A stretch of 62,964 bases of DNA, counting the filler, from Octopus bimaculoides (lineage: Eukaryota), in NCBI RefSeq assembly GCF_001194135.2. It is 4 parts of 3 records of this genome, joined end to end, with 100 filler letters (N's around TTAATTAATTAA, not from the genome) between each part and the next. Parts side by side here need not be neighbours in the genome. Positions count along the whole stretch, not along the records: positions 38,246 to 62,964 come from NC_068987.1; 3 more parts are not named here. One strand, written 5' to 3'. Position 1 is the first letter of the stretch, and every line of letters starts with the position of its first letter. Positions 38,246 through 52,109 of this stretch are shown here, piece after piece. Under the pieces are notes generated by a model that made no database searches, was not told where the DNA came from, and saw nothing but the letters and a program-made list of their open reading frames with translations. The translations under genes were made by a program, and so were the position numbers.

Positions 38246-38442
38246 TCCACAGGGGGCTAAACAAACAGGGGACAAACAAGGACAGACAAACGGATTAAGT
38301 CGATTACATCGACCCCAGTGCGTAACTGGTACTTATTTAATCGACCCCGAAAGGATGAAAGGCAAAGTCAACCTTGGCGGAGTTTGAACTCAGAACGTAA
38401 TGGCAGACAAAATACTGCTAAGCATTTCGCCTGGCGTACTAA
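38246..38442 (-). mobile_element. SINE family A, alternative tail
   Basis: Matches the reverse complement of 34105-34332. Confidence 0.9.
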
Positions 38443-38456
38443 TGTATGTATGTATG

Positions 38457-38534
<78 letters not shown>

Positions 38535-38807
38535 TGCACACACATGCACGTACACACACACATACACACAAAGTATAGGGGTTTAGTTCACATGTGATCT
38601 AAATGATTAGGTGCTCTAGGTAAGTGCTGTAACGGATTACTAGATCCCCAAGGTTATAGCCGAGACGGTAGTTAGGCAGCCATTGCAGATTTCTGATGCA
38701 GCGGATATATAATTGTTAAACAGGATGTCAAACATTAAGGCAAGGCAAACATCTCAAGTCGTATACCACTATGTTTATAGAAGAGCAATTTGGCAGAATC
38801 TTTACCA

Positions 38808-38968
38808 GAGAAAATGTTTTATGTTCTGAGTTCAAATGTCTCTGAAATCAACTTTGCCTTTCATCCTTTTGGTTTTGATAAAATAAATACCAGTTGAGTA
38901 CTGGGGTCAATGTAATTGACTAACCCCACTCCACAAGATTTCAGGCCTTGTGCCTATAGTAGAAAGGC
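38808..38968 (+). mobile_element. SINE family A, CpG-decayed
   Basis: TTGCCTTTCATCCTTTTGGTTTTGATAAAATAAATACCAG...TTTCAGGCCTTGTGCCTATAGTAGAAAGG. Confidence 0.8.
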
Positions 38969-40544
38969 ATACATACATAGAGAGGGGGGGAGTTTGATTA
39001 GTTTAGGCAAGGAGATGAGTGAAGGGGGTAGTGGAGAGAGTAAGAGAGTAAGGACTTTTGAAGGAGAGTATGGAAAGGACAGGGGAGGGGTTAGTGTCAG
39101 GGATTAGTAAGAAAGAGAAGGATAAAGTAGAAGGAATGTTGGGGTTGGTTGTAGAAGGGGGGGGGGCAGTGTTATCCTACTTTATGAAGATGAACATAGC
39201 TGGAAGGTGTGAGGGATAAATATTAAAGAAAGAAAGAGATGAGTGGGAAGAACACCTGATGAAGGTGTCGGGAGTGGGGTGGGGCATTGAAAGAAACAGG
39301 GGGGTCATGGGGATGTTGAGAGGGGTGGTGGAGAAGCTGGGAGGAGAGAACAGTGAAAGGGAGGGTTAATTGTGTGTGTGTGTAGGGGGAGAGTGTTCAA
39401 GCTGACGGATGAAATAAAAGTGATTAGAGAAAGAGGCTGGAGTGTAAGGGATGTGGCTGTGTGGTCAAGAAGCTTGTTTGTGTGTGTGTGAGTGTATGTA
39501 TGTATATATATATATATATATAAACACACATACACACACACAAACACCTATATATAAAGATAAATTTCCAAATTTTCGTTGGCATAGATATAGAATCCAA
39601 CTGGGTGCCATAGTCGCATTTACCAGTTATTAATGCTGGCTAACCTCAGTGAGTGCATTAAAATCTCTATTTAGTTTGATCTACTAACCTCAATCTTCAC
39701 ATTGGTAAATCCGTATGCCTCTATAGAGACTGCATGTGAACCATTCTAGGCTGTAGTCTGTTTTGGCATGGTTTCTATGGCTGGATGCCCTTCCTAATAC
39801 TAACTACATTACAAAGTGTACTGGGTGTCTTTTACATATCATATATATGTGAGCATGTATGTGTTTGTGTGTGTGTGTATCCTTGTCTAGACATCATGCA
39901 ATGGTTGTAAGTGAGCATTATTGTCAAATACGTGAAGTTGTTCATTTCTAGTCTTGTGTGAAAAACATGTCTAGCTATTGAAAAATATTTCCTAGCTTTG
40001 AAACAAGTGTCAGTTAATAATAGAAAGGGCATTTGGCCTTAAAAAAACCTGTCTCAATAAATTCCATTTGGCCCATGTGAGAATAGAAAGAGAATTTTAA
40101 ATGTTGATGGTATATACACACACATATAGAAAGATGTCACATGCTTGGGCTGTACATACACACACATACAACTAAAGTGGAAATCCTACCAAACCTGCTT
40201 GGTTAGGAGGGTAGTTTTTGTCGGGCATTCTGCAGATGAAAAACAAGACCTGTCAAAGGATGGTTGAACTCTGTGGGGTCAACAGCCATCGAGTAGCTGG
40301 GAGTGAGAACCACCACATCTTTATTTAGACCTCTCACCAGGAGAAGGAAATTCTGAAATATCAGCTGCTTCGCTTCAACATTGGAAGATCTTGCTTTTGT
40401 TTCTGGACTGTTTAGCTTTTGTGTTGTTGAGCAAAATGTTATTGACTTGAAAGTTTAGCATAGGCATTGTTCACAGCCATTGTCGTTCACGTCTTGGAAT
40501 AATTTATCAATGATAGTTATACTGATCTACAAGTTGACAATTGC

Positions 40545-40848
40545 CATCATCATCATCATCATCATCATTATCATTTGACGTCCGCTTTCCATGCTAGCAT
40601 GGGTTGGACAATTTGACTGGGGACTGGCGAACCGGATGGCTACACCAGACTCCAATCTGATCTGGCAGAGTTTCTACAGCTGGATGCCCTTCCTAATGCC
40701 AACCACTCCGAGAGTGTAGTGGGTGCTTTTTACGTGCCACCTGCACAGGAGTCAGTCCAATGTTTTGTTCACATGCCACCAGCACAAGTGCCAGTAAGGC
40801 GAAACTGGAAATGACCACGCTCAAATGGTGCTTTTTATGTGCCACCAG

Positions 40849-40850
<2 letters not shown>
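40545..40850 (-). mobile_element. RTE-type LINE/SINE 3' tail ending in (GAT)n
   Basis: Reverse complement ...GTTGGCATTAGGAAGGGCATCCAGCTGTAGAAAC...CATGCTAGCATGGAAAGCGGACGTCAAATGATAATGATG. The same tail adjoins an RTE ORF end at 52116-52410. A related copy lies at ~39720-39960. Confidence 0.8.
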
Positions 40851-40879
<29 letters not shown>

Positions 40880-42404
40880 GTATATGTATATATGTATGTA
40901 TATATGTATGAAGTTGTGTACACACACACATACAATTAATGCATGCAATGAGATAAATGGTAAGTTGGATGAATGGATGAGAGAAGCTGTTGTTTTTGAT
41001 TTATCACTCATTTATTGATTTGTCAATCATCTGACAGGAGCATCCAATGAAGAATGAGTCAAAGACAGAAAGTTCCTTTTCTGCAGTGGTTTTATTGGAC
41101 AGGTTCTGTAGTTATGTGTGTTCATAGTGAAAGGAAACTATTTCTGTGGAAGTGGTAAATGTGTAAATGCTGAAGTTATATGCAAATAGCAAAGAGAGTG
41201 ATGATGTGAGAAAAAGCAGGATGAGTGGGTGAAAGGAACATGACAGTGAAGATAGACGCAGAGTGATTGAGGTGAGTGATGATAGTGGAGTGATAGTAAT
41301 AGTAATAGGGTGGTCAATGGTAAGAGGTGTTAGATGTGAATAATGAATGGTCCAAGGTTACAAAAATGGTGTTACAAAACGGTGATGGTAGAATCTGTTG
41401 GCTACAAACAAGATTGTATATGCAATCTTTTATACATTGGCATCATGGTGAGTAAGACAAGTAGAGTGATAAGGATGATGGGTGGTGAATGAATAGGGGT
41501 AGATTTTATATGTTACAGTGAGTAGAGGAGAGGGTGAGAAAGATGAAAAGCTGCAGACATATTGAATACCACCTCAAATTACACAGACAATGTGGCGGGA
41601 GAGATGCACTGTCATCTTAAGTTATACACATACACTCATGCATATATACACATATACACACCAGTGGATATATTTGTAATTTATGGTGGGAAATTATGAA
41701 AAGATAGGTTGAAAATACACATGATGGTTTGTATTTCCTACAGCTGATTGCATAACAAAACAGGTTCTACTGCATGGCTGAGCAAAATACTGTGATATCA
41801 GCCTATTGAGAAAATATACATCAAAGTTGTACAGCCTGAATTCACAGCCATTGTTCCTTGTAACTGAAATACTGACATATTTAATGTTAAGAAAGTCTTT
41901 TAAATCATTGACCTTAAAGAAACTAATACAATATTCATGAATATCAATGGTATATTGAATCTTTTTCTTGCCTCATGCAAGCCGAAGTTGAACGACATTT
42001 ATTCTGAAGCTAGATGTCCTTCCCTGTGCCAAAATGTTTTTAAAATACATGAATAAACCAATGAGAAGCCTTTACGTAGTCACTCAGACTGTTATCAAAA
42101 GCAGCCAATTTCCCTCAAATTACACTCTGCCATATTTAATAAAATAGCACACATGAAATAATGTAGTAACTGATTATTAAAAAAAGAAGATGGGACGACC
42201 ATGGTTAGAACACCTTTAATCATAGATCTGCTTAATTATTTCTAACCTTGGGGATAAACATACATACACAGAAATATACACATAAAGAGAGGAAGAGGGA
42301 GGGAGGGAGGGAAAGAACAAGGGAAACATTAAAACAGCACCTAATAAGCAGCAGCCAAACAGCTGCACCAAAACATCTCATATCTACAAAATATGCAGCA
42401 GCTT

Positions 42405-42612
42405 GTCAGTGCTGGTGCCACGTAAAAGGCACCCAGTACACTCTGTAGAGTGGTTGGCATTAGGAAGGGCATCCAACCATAGAAACCATGCCAAAACAGA
42501 CAATTGGGACCTGGTGCAGCTCTCCAGCTTGCTAGTTCGAGCTAAACTGTCCAACCCATGCCAGCAGGGAAAACAGACATTAAATGATGATGATGGTGGT
42601 GGTGGTGGTGAT
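42405..42612 (+). mobile_element. RTE-type 3' tail
   Basis: GGTGCCACGTAAAAGGCACCCAGTACACTC...AGGAAGGGCATCC...CAACCCATGCCAGCA...AAATGATGATG. Confidence 0.8.
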
Positions 42613-42793
42613 GACATACTTGTTTTATTTATGTTATTGCTCCATTTCAAATACACACTGCATACCAAAGTATTGTATTGTATACAAGGCTATAAAAGAT
42701 GGCTATTCTTTTCTTTTTTAATTATTATATTAGTACACAGGTTTCAGTTCACCAATTCTGTAAAAGTACTGAGCTGTGCTCCCTAATTTCCAT

Positions 42794-42965
42794 TTAACCC
42801 TTTCGTTACCAGATTTCTGTTCAAATGCACTGTTATTGTTTCAGTTAATTTTAAAAATTATCTAGAATTAGTAAAATACTTTTGTTATATACTAAGCTGG
42901 TGTTTGGGACCTAAATTAACTTGGAATTTTTATGGAAGGGTTCCATTTAGATCCCTTTAAAACAG
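42794..42965 (+). mobile_element. Possible piggyBac-type non-autonomous element end
   Basis: TTAA followed by CCCTTTCGTTACC. No partner TIR seen. Confidence 0.35.
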
Positions 42966-43090
42966 TTTGTATTGGAGAAGCAAACGTGGGCTCAGGCAGG
43001 GTGGAACCAAGAGAGTTAAATACCAGCAGCTCCTGTTAGACAGCCCTACTTTTTGCACCTACTCCACACACACACACACACACATATATA

Positions 43091-43474
43091 TTCTTTTATT
43101 CTTTTACTTGTTTCAGTCATTTGACTGCAGCCATGCTGGAGCACCGCCTTTAGTCGAACAAATCAACCTGAGGACTTATTCTTTATAAGTCTAGTACTTA
43201 TTCTATCGGTCTCTTTTGCCGAACCGTTAGGTTACGGGGACGTAAACACACCAGCATCGGTTGTCAAGCAATGTTGGGTGTGGGGGACAAGCACATATAT
43301 ATACATATATACGATGGGCTTCTTTCAGTTTCCACCTACCAAATCTACTCACAAGGCTTTGGTTGGCCTGAGGCTATAGTAGAAGAAACTTGCCCAAGGT
43401 GCCACACAGTGGGACTGAACCCAGAACCACGTGGTTGGTAAGCAAGCTGTTCACCACACAGCCACTCCTTCGCC
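43091..43474 (-). mobile_element. SINE family B, full length
   Basis: Colinear with 11071-11560. Confidence 0.9.
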
Positions 43475-43591
43475 TATATATATATATATTTAATATTACA
43501 TTTTTTCACTCATTTGGCTGTGGCCATTCTGGGTCACAACACTGAAGGATTTTAATTGAATAAATTGACTCTGGCACTTAGAGTTTAATTG

Positions 43592-44185
43592 CGTACAGGG
43601 AGTGAATGTGTGCTCTTTGCTGTCAAGTCTCACGAATGAACCTTATTTGAACCGAATAATGACTGGTGACGAGAAATGGGTTCTCTATAAAAATGTCAAG
43701 AGATGATGACAGACGGTAGGGAAAGGAGATACACCGGCACCCCAGGCTGAAGAAGGTCTTCACCCATGCAAGGTGTTGTTATCTGTTTGGTGGGATATGA
43801 AAGATTTAATCCACTTTCAACTTTTAAACTGAAACCAATTGATAAATTCTTCTAGTCGGCGTTAGAAGAAAAACAACCATCTTTGGTTTCAAGAGGAAAG
43901 GTGTTTTTCCATCAGGATAATGCTCAGCCACATACAGCGAGGATGACATTCCAAAGGCTGGAGCAGTTTGAATGGGAAACGATACTCCACCTACCATATT
44001 CGCCGGACGTTGCTCCGTCTGATTATCATTTATTCCGCAGTTTTCAAAATAATTTGAACGGAAAAAATATGAATTGTGTAGACGAGGTCAGAACAGTGCT
44101 GGAGGAGTATTTTTCGTCACGGGCAAGTGAATTTTAGAAGAGGGGCCTTGTAAGTCTACCAGATAGATGGAAGAGCATTGTATAA
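43592..44185 (+). pseudogene. Mariner (DD34D) transposase pseudogene, catalytic domain
   Basis: RIMTGDEKWVLY, KVLLSVWWD, FFHQDNAQPH and LPYSPDVAPSDYHLFRS, with stops and an internal deletion. Confidence 0.92.
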
Positions 44186-47100
44186 AAAAACTGCATTATT
44201 TATGGGAAGACCCAACACACACACACAACACCTCTTTCCCACATGCACCTCCCTCCCTCACCAGCGCTCTCTTAAGTATGCTTTCTCTTTTGCTCTCTTC
44301 GTCTCCATCTATTACCCCCCCCCTTCTCCATCATGAGTGCTCTCCCTTCACAACGCTTGTTTACTTGTATCCTTCCTAAGCATCTTCCCAAACTCGTTTG
44401 CACGCTTATTTCTGTTTAGCTGAATGCTTTCCTATGTCTGTTTTCTCCTGTTGATATACTTCATAACTCCCCAACGCTGCCGTGTATTGCTACACATTGA
44501 TTTCTACTTCTTACACGCCTCACACATCTCCATTTTTAGACACAGTAACAATAAGCCCCCACATAAAAGCAGTCATGTTGTACATGTTCATCGACAAGCA
44601 GCTCTATCAATTATTCAACTACCCATCCACATATGTTTATACATACATTAACACGCATGAGAATACATTAATGTATTCGTGGGGGCATACCTGTATTCAG
44701 AATTATAAAAACTAAATTTTAATTGCAATATTTTATTTATCAACACAATGTTTTTTCAAAAGGTCAGATATGAAGGACATTATCGTTTATTACCTTATTG
44801 GTTGATCGATTTTAATAGAAAAAAAGTAACAAAAAAGACTTAAAATGAGCAACAAAAATAATTTCTACCTCGTTTTATAATTTTGGATGTTAGCAGTGTT
44901 GACGCAGTGTGACTGTTGCCAGTGGCTGTTGGCAAATATTCAATGAAAATTCAATGCTAACTCACAAGTGGGGGTGGGGAATTTTCCAGTTAACTGGAGA
45001 ATTAAGCTATATTTTGTCGTTTATCTTGCTAGTTTAAAAATAGACAGCCACACCCAATTATATAAGCTTTTTCGCTGCCCAGCTATACAAGTAAATTTTG
45101 TTTTATATTGCACCACAAAGCAGAGGACAAATATGGAGCTGTTTTAATGAAGACACAGAAAAAGAGAGAAAAAAAATCGAATTGGAATGAAAGTCAGTGG
45201 AATTGAAGCGTTGTGAATGGGGTGTATTGTTGTCTTTTAGTCAGAGACATCAGGGGAATGACAGTAAGTTTTGGTGAGGGGGAGCATCATAGATTGCTGA
45301 TATTAATGTAATTGATGACTAATTTGAATTTGTACAGGTTGGTGCTTCTTGACAGGTAGGGATTCCAGAGAGTTACTGGTGTAAGAAGGACAAATTGGAA
45401 AAATGTCTGGTGCAGAGTGGGACGAGGCATGAGGACATCTGGATGATGAGAGGGAAAGAGAAAGGTATATTAGGTGGGCTTGGGTGGAGATAACCAGCTT
45501 GTTAGGTCAGAGAATCAGAAGCTGTGACAGCAGAGGTGGGAGATAGTAAGGGTGGAAGATGGCAGGGCTCTTCTGTATGTCGGATAAAAATGAAACTTTA
45601 CCAATCAAATAAATAACCTTTTAGATGCAGAGTCGTTAGTGTATGTAACAGCAACACCATTGCATGTATGTTAGCCACACCCTGTGTGTCACTAGCATAG
45701 TTATGGGGGTGGAAGCCCTTGACCCATCATGGACAGCATTTTTTGTGGGGTGACACTTTACACATATATTGAATTTTAAATGGGATAGAAACAGCAACAT
45801 CATGGGCCACTTCAGGTGGCACAAATGCTAGTGACATCATTGATGTGTATTGCACTTGAGGTTCGTAGAGGTTCTACAATTAACTAGGTCTGAAGTAATT
45901 TCTTGGCTTTAGTCTTTGAGATGCAACTTTGGCAATGTCACTTAATACTTCGAAGGGAGACACCAAAAATCCTGGTCAGTTTTTAATGTCACTGTTGCAA
46001 GTTGTTGATAAACTTGTCCTCTTTGATGTACCTATTTATAACCAGGTGAACTGGGCAGGTGAAAGAGCTAGGAGACTATGATGAACAACCCAACATTAAT
46101 TACAAGATACAAACTAGCAGGTGTCCACTACCAAACTGATTTGGCCCTCAGCTGATATTGTGTGTGTGCATTCAGTTTCTCAAATCACTCAACAGTGCTG
46201 ATCTTTAGCTCCAAAAATTTCAAGATGGGTGCAAACATGGTTGCGTCATTAAGAAGCTCACTTCACAACTATATGGCTCGAGGTTTGATCTAATCATGTG
46301 TCACCTTCAGGTGTCCCCTAGCCGAGCCTCATGTTAACTAATACCTTAAGAGTGGAATTTGGTTGATAGAAACTGTATGGAAGCCATCATGTGTATAACT
46401 AGTAACACTAACTGGGCTTTACAGTTAAATAGATCAAAATAAAAAAAAGTTCCAAGTTGTTCTCATTTAATTGTTCTAAGCAGAACATCAACAATGGTTT
46501 GTGAACTTAAAAATCTAAATGGTTATTGATTTTCATTTAACTTGGGGAAAAGTGATTGCTTCTATAATCTATATAGACCATTCTTGGTCAATATTGTATA
46601 TATGTTTACACTGACCAACAATAAATTTGGTGGGTGGGAGGTTCTTGTGTCAGAGTGAGAAATTTATTAAATTATTCAAATAGTAAAGTTACTTATATAA
46701 AATTATTGAAACTACAGAAAAAAAAAAAAAATTTGGAAACACTCGATATTTTGCATCTGTCCCAGTTTGCTATGATCCATGATCAATGATCTGTTCCGTG
46801 TCACTGAAATAGAATCTGAATCACAGAACAGTAACACTGATCTGTGCTATTGAAATGTGATCTGTGTTACTATTATTATTTTTTACATTTTAACATTATG
46901 CTTCACATTCCCAAACTCTGCGACTGATTTCTGTTGAGCAAACAGTGAACTGTTTTGTCTGTGTGTCTTGATATAATTGTGGTGGTTTTGTGCGATGGTT
47001 GTGGTAGTTGTGGTGATTGTGGTAGTTGTGGATGTTGTTTGGCTTCTTGTCATTCCTGATTCTGCAGAATTATGATCAAATGTCTTCAACAAGACCAATC

Positions 47101-47387
47101 CATTTTTAGATGTATGTCAGACTACATCTAAAATTTATGATTTGAAAGAAATTTGGGTGTTCTTTTTAACATGTTCACAAACCACGTAGATTCTTTTCTT
47201 TTGGATCTTGTAGAATGTACTATTAAAGATAAAAGCAAAACTGACAAACATCTCATCCATGTGTGTGCATGCATGCGTGTGTGTGTTTTGTGCATGTGCA
47301 CGCATGCATGCATGTGTGTGTGTATGTGCATGCATGTGTCTCTGTGTGTGTGTGTGAGTGTGTGTGAAGGCATATGGCTTTGTAGTT

Positions 47388-47590
47388 AGGGCATTTAGCT
47401 CATGATTGTAAGGTCGTGAGTTCAATTCCCAGCAACGCGTTGTGTCTTTGAGCAAGACACTTTATTTCACGTTGCTCTGGCAAAAATGAGTATTACCTGT
47501 ATTTCAAAGGGCCAGCCTTGTCACACTCTGTGTCACGCTGAATCTCCTCGAGAGCTACGTTAAGGGTACACATGTCTGTGGAGTGCTCAG
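47388..47590 (+). mobile_element. tRNA-headed SINE family D with a CORE-like centre
   Basis: B-box GAGTTCAATTCCC, GTGTCTTTGAGCAAGACACTTTATTTCAC, then the tail shared with 36100-36200. Confidence 0.75.
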
Positions 47591-47611
47591 TCATAGCCCA
47601 ACTAATTAGGG

Positions 47612-47947
47612 AGTGAGTCAGTTTAGATGAGATCCAGTTTGGGTTCGTGCCAGGGAAAATCACTACTGATGCTATATTTCTGGTAAGACAGCTGCAGGAG
47701 AAATACCTAGCCAAAGATAAACCTCTGTACCTGGCTTTCGTTGATATGGAGAAAGCCTTTGACAGGGTCCCCTGGTCCCTTATCTGGTGGTCACTGAGGA
47801 AACTAGGGATAGATGAATGGTTAGGGAAAGCTGTGCGAGCCATGTGCAAGGATGCTGTCAGTAAGGTGAAGGTTAGCAACGAGTACAGTGAAGAATTCCG
47901 GGTAGAGGTAGGGGTCCACCAAGGTTCAGTCCTCAGTCCCCTCCTTA
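47612..47947 (+). pseudogene. RTE-clade reverse transcriptase fragment
   Basis: QFGFVPGKITTDAIFLVRQLQEKY...LAFVDMEKAFDRVP...VGVHQGSVLSPLL. Confidence 0.92.
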
Positions 47948-49489
47948 TGAGTGGATTTGGCAGATGGAAATTGAAAGAAGTGCATCATATGTGTGGGTGG
48001 GGAGCATGTTTGTGTCTTTTTGTCTTGACATTGTGTCATAGTTATAAATGAGTGTCATTGTCATACAAGCAGTGTTGTTCATTTCCAGTGTTCTGTGAAA
48101 ACATGTCTGGCCATGGAGGGCAGGGGGGAATATTACCATACTTGGAAACAAGTGGGGGTTGGCAACTGGAAGGGCATCCAGCTGTAGAAAACCCACCTCA
48201 GTACGCTCCATCCGACTCCTACAAACTTAGCAAAGTAAATGTGGAAAGAAACAAACTTTAACTGAACATTTCTCCCATCTCTGAAAACCTGTAAAGGCCA
48301 GGACATAGTGTTTCGCACCGTCCTGCTACACCAAAGCAATAAATAAAGACAAGCATAGCAAAATATCTGTTGTAATAGATTTACCCTGAAGCCCTTTGAG
48401 TTGGCAGCCCAATAACATGCTCATTTAGTCACTTCAGCTATAAGCAAACCATCTGGACACACATACCAGCTTAAAAATTGATACCCATTCACAATGTTTA
48501 GAATGAAACTAGATGTGACAAACTCACTGTCCACACACAGGTAGACACCATTGCTGTTTGGCTCCAGGTCAGTCATGATTCCAAAAGATTTATCTTCAAA
48601 GCTGTTACAATCATGATCATGTTACTTTTAGGAGGATCTTAGATTGCGTTGTATCATGTGTCTGTTTGAACTTTTTCAAGACAACACGGTATAATTTGAG
48701 TGATATTTGGGTGCTGTTTCTAACCAGGTGAGAAACTCTGTAAAAGCTCATTATTATTATTAGTTTGAGAAGGAAAGGTGGTGTGCCTAGTTTTTAGAGC
48801 AGAGGAAGAGATAACTATGATGGGGATGCAGAAAGGGTGATTATAAATGTTTCACTTGAATTTTAAGGGTATGGTGGTAAAGATTTGAGTAAATTGATGG
48901 TATGAATGGAGTGTTGTGACACATGAGTTTCAAGAGAGGAGAAGCAAGTGCAAGGAGGAGGTTTAGATGAAAATGTGTGTGTGTGTGTTACGTGGAAAAA
49001 GGAAAATTTCTGAATGGATAAAGTATTTGAGTATTTACCTTAATCTAGCAGCAGTTCAAATCTATTGCAAGCATTTTGTCGAATTTTCAGAACTGGATAT
49101 TTTGTTCTACATTACCATTTCAAACTACCTATCTATTCTTAGTAGGTACTCTCAGGTCATCTTGAAAATGTTACCTGTGCCCTTCATTCTCAATCTTCTG
49201 AGACATGTTTGGTCATGGGGAAATATTACTTAACTTGGAAACAGGTGAAAGTTGACAGCAGGAAAGGCATCTGACTAGAATTTTTGCCTCAACAAATTCC
49301 GTCTGACCCATACAGACATGGTCTCAAAGCAACGAAAATATTTTGGCAAATTAAATTTAAATGTTGAAGTGAATCTAACAGTTTTTGTGTGTTTCTTAAA
49401 TAGCTTATAAACACCTTCCACATTGCAATTATTAAATTTTATTATATAAATATATATCTTCAATTAATGTACATTTTCTATGCTGGCAT

Positions 49490-49640
49490 AGGTAGGACAG
49501 TCTGATAGGAAGTGGCATGTCAGAAGCCTACCAAACTCTGCTGTCTGTTTTGGCATGATTTCTATGACTGGATGCCCTTTCTAATGTCAACCACTTTACA
49601 GAGTGGACTGGTAGTTTCTTACATGGCATCAGCATCACTG
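49490..49640 (-). mobile_element. RTE-type 3' tail, degenerate
   Basis: CTATGACTGGATGCCCTTTCTAATGTCAACCACT. Confidence 0.65.
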
Positions 49641-50174
49641 AGGCCACCACCAACTAACTTGCAGGACAAAAACCCTCAACTGGGGGGAGTAGTATTGAGG
49701 GACAGAAAGGTGTCTTGCTTACTCAGGGGCCATTTATCCAAGTTATAGAGGGTTGTATAGTTACAGGGTAGTGTATAATTACAGGATGGTGTATAATTGT
49801 ATAAAATATATATTTTATATTTATTTCCGATATATATATATATATATATATAACAATATATAAGAAATAGTGAATAATATATCACTGATATTTCAGAAAG
49901 CTTGCTGAGCTGTAAAAACATTAAGTGAACACACTTGAAACAACATCAAATTAAAACTGCTATTTGTGCATTATACTAAATGTATATACACCAGTGGAAG
50001 GGATAATGCTGAGAGTTTTGTCTGAGAGGAAATCTCTTCATAGAAATATTGTTAAAAACAGTGGTGCAACTTACTTTTGACAAGAAAATTTATGTTATGA
50101 TTACCAGAATTGGATTAAAAAGACATCTTTGAATAATGTTTTTTTGTTTTTGTTTTTTCTTTTCTGCATTTCAG

Positions 50175-50310
50175 TTTGTTATATTCCTCTGGTATCTTGT
50201 ACCTGCACAGAAGAGATGGTGATCAGTGCCAATTCAAGTTGTGCAAGTATTCTCGATGATATGTTTGATGAGGAAAGAAAGGGTCCTGGATCTTACCCCA
50301 TAGTCTGTGC
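50175..50310 (+). CDS. Internal coding exon (phase 1 to 2) of an unnamed small Cys-rich secreted/GPI-anchored protein
   Basis: Long polypyrimidine tract and TTTCAG acceptor, GC|GTGAGT donor. Reads xCYIPLVSCTCTEEMVISANSSCASILDDMFDEERKGPGSYPIVC(A). The other two frames have stops. Confidence 0.72.
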
Positions 50311-51397
50311 GTGAGTATTGAGTTCCCCAATGTTTGTTAATAACACCTGCAGTTAACACCTGGAGACTTAAATTATATAATTTTTGGCCATTCCATTTTC
50401 ACTCACAGAAAACTGCTGCAAAATATAACACATAAATTAATAATTAATGAAATTTAGATGATTCTCATGTCGATTCAGAAACAGCCTTCTAATTTTTTTT
50501 TTTATGGTTTCGTCAGAGAAAGAAAGGCAGGACTCATGAAGCTTTTGTGCTTATAAATTAGTCATTGGTGAAGTAACAATGATTGCTTTTAGAAATCCTA
50601 GAGACACTACATTTTTTTCTATATTGTTATTTCTCTCTGAGTTATTTGGTCATCATATATGCCATATTTTTTACTGGTTTTCTCATTGGACTGTAGCCAG
50701 GCTGGGGTATTGCTTTCAAGGCCATTGTCAGTTTTATTGGTCTTGTACTTACCATATACATTCAGCTATAAGTTGCACTTTTTTTCCTTGAAATTTTCAC
50801 CTAAAGTTGGGGATGCAACTTATAAGCACGTCCAATAAAAAATATCTCTAGATATTTTCTAGGTACAAGCCCTGTCTGAAGTTCCAACACTTGGAATAAC
50901 CTAAAAGGATAAAATTTTACATTATAAACAACAGTTTCTAAAATGCATGCATTTAATAGGATAACAGTTGTTGTTAGTCATCTTCAGCTTACTGAAAGCA
51001 TGGTTACTCAACAACAATTATGTCGGCACGATTCCTAATTGAACTTTGCTCTCCAGCATCGTAAAAGTCGCTGCGAGTTATTGTGGGGTCAATGGTAAAA
51101 TTCCCGATTTGAACCTTGTAAGTTGGGAGTGCATCTTATAGGTGAGGGCATTTTATAGCAAAGTATATATGGTAAGTAGTATTTATTTTACTAATCTTAA
51201 ATGGATGAAAGACAAAAACCTAATATCATAAGATATTTTATCCAATATTCTACTGACTGTGTCATCCCCTGTCCAATGGGATTTCTTCATTTTTGCTTCT
51301 TTTTTTTTTTTTGCTTCATTTTACTTTTATTTTAATTATGCAGATTAGTAGAATATGAGTTTTGTTTTTTTCTCTTGAGCAAAATGTAAAATTTGTT

Positions 51398-51745
51398 AGA
51401 CACAGTCATGGCTGTGCAGTTAAGAAGCTTGGTTTGGGGTTGAGTTCTACTGCACAGCACCTTGGGCAAGTCTCTCTTGCTATAGAGCCAGGCTGACCAA
51501 TGTCTTGTTCAGTGAATTTGGTAGACAGAAACTGTGTAGAAGCTCATGTGTATGTGTCCACGTCTTTTGTTCCACAGCTAATGTTGGTTTGTTTACATAT
51601 TTGTAACTTAGTGGCTCAGCAAAAGAGACTGTTAGAATAAGCACTAGATTTCAAGAAAAAGAAAAAGAACAAATTTGTTCAGCTACATCCTTCTATGCAG
51701 TGCTCCAGCATGATTGTAGTTTAGTGACTGAAATGAGTAAAAACA
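51398..51745 (+). mobile_element. SINE family B, CpG-decayed, intronic
   Basis: CACCTTGGGCAAGTC...GTGAATTTGGTAGACAGAAACTG...GTGCTCCAGCATGA. Confidence 0.75.
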
Positions 51746-51867
51746 AGGAAAAAACTTTATAACCTTTTCTCTCATTCTGTTTTTACATTTAGTTTCTCTC
51801 TACTTATGTATTTAGTATTTAGTTATCAATCTCTTTGTCTAACAGTAAAATTTTATTATATTTTCAG

Positions 51868-52007
51868 ATATTTCAACGACTATCTTAAATGTATGAATCT
51901 CCTCATAAGTGAATGTGACAAAAAGTATCTTTTTACCTACAAAAGCTTCAAGGAATTTTACACACGTCCTCCTTATAGATGCCGAATAACTCCTACATAC
52001 ACTGGTG
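51868..52007 (+). CDS. Internal coding exon (phase 2 to 1) of the same gene
   Basis: TTTTCAG acceptor, G|GTAAGT donor. Reads YFNDYLKCMNLLISECDKKYLFTYKSFKEFYTRPPYRCRITPTYTG. Phase matches both neighbours (GC+A=Ala, G+GA=Gly). Confidence 0.75.
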
Positions 52008-52109
52008 GTAAGTTACTCTTGTTACAATAAAGCTTGTTAGATGGGACAAAACCACATTTATGTTTCATTTCTCTTTTAGATATTTTCAAATTTGTCATCT
52101 CAAGAATCA

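Noticed and set aside
39251-39300. AACAC-CTGATGA-AGG resembling the hammerhead 5' core
   Set aside because: No stem II or correctly placed GAAA-stem III/I partner. It lies in a purine-rich decayed tract.
50129-50174. Apparent hydrophobic signal peptide MNNVFLFLFFLFCIS in the ORF track
   Set aside because: Starts at TTG, not ATG, and is the translated polypyrimidine tract of the splice acceptor.
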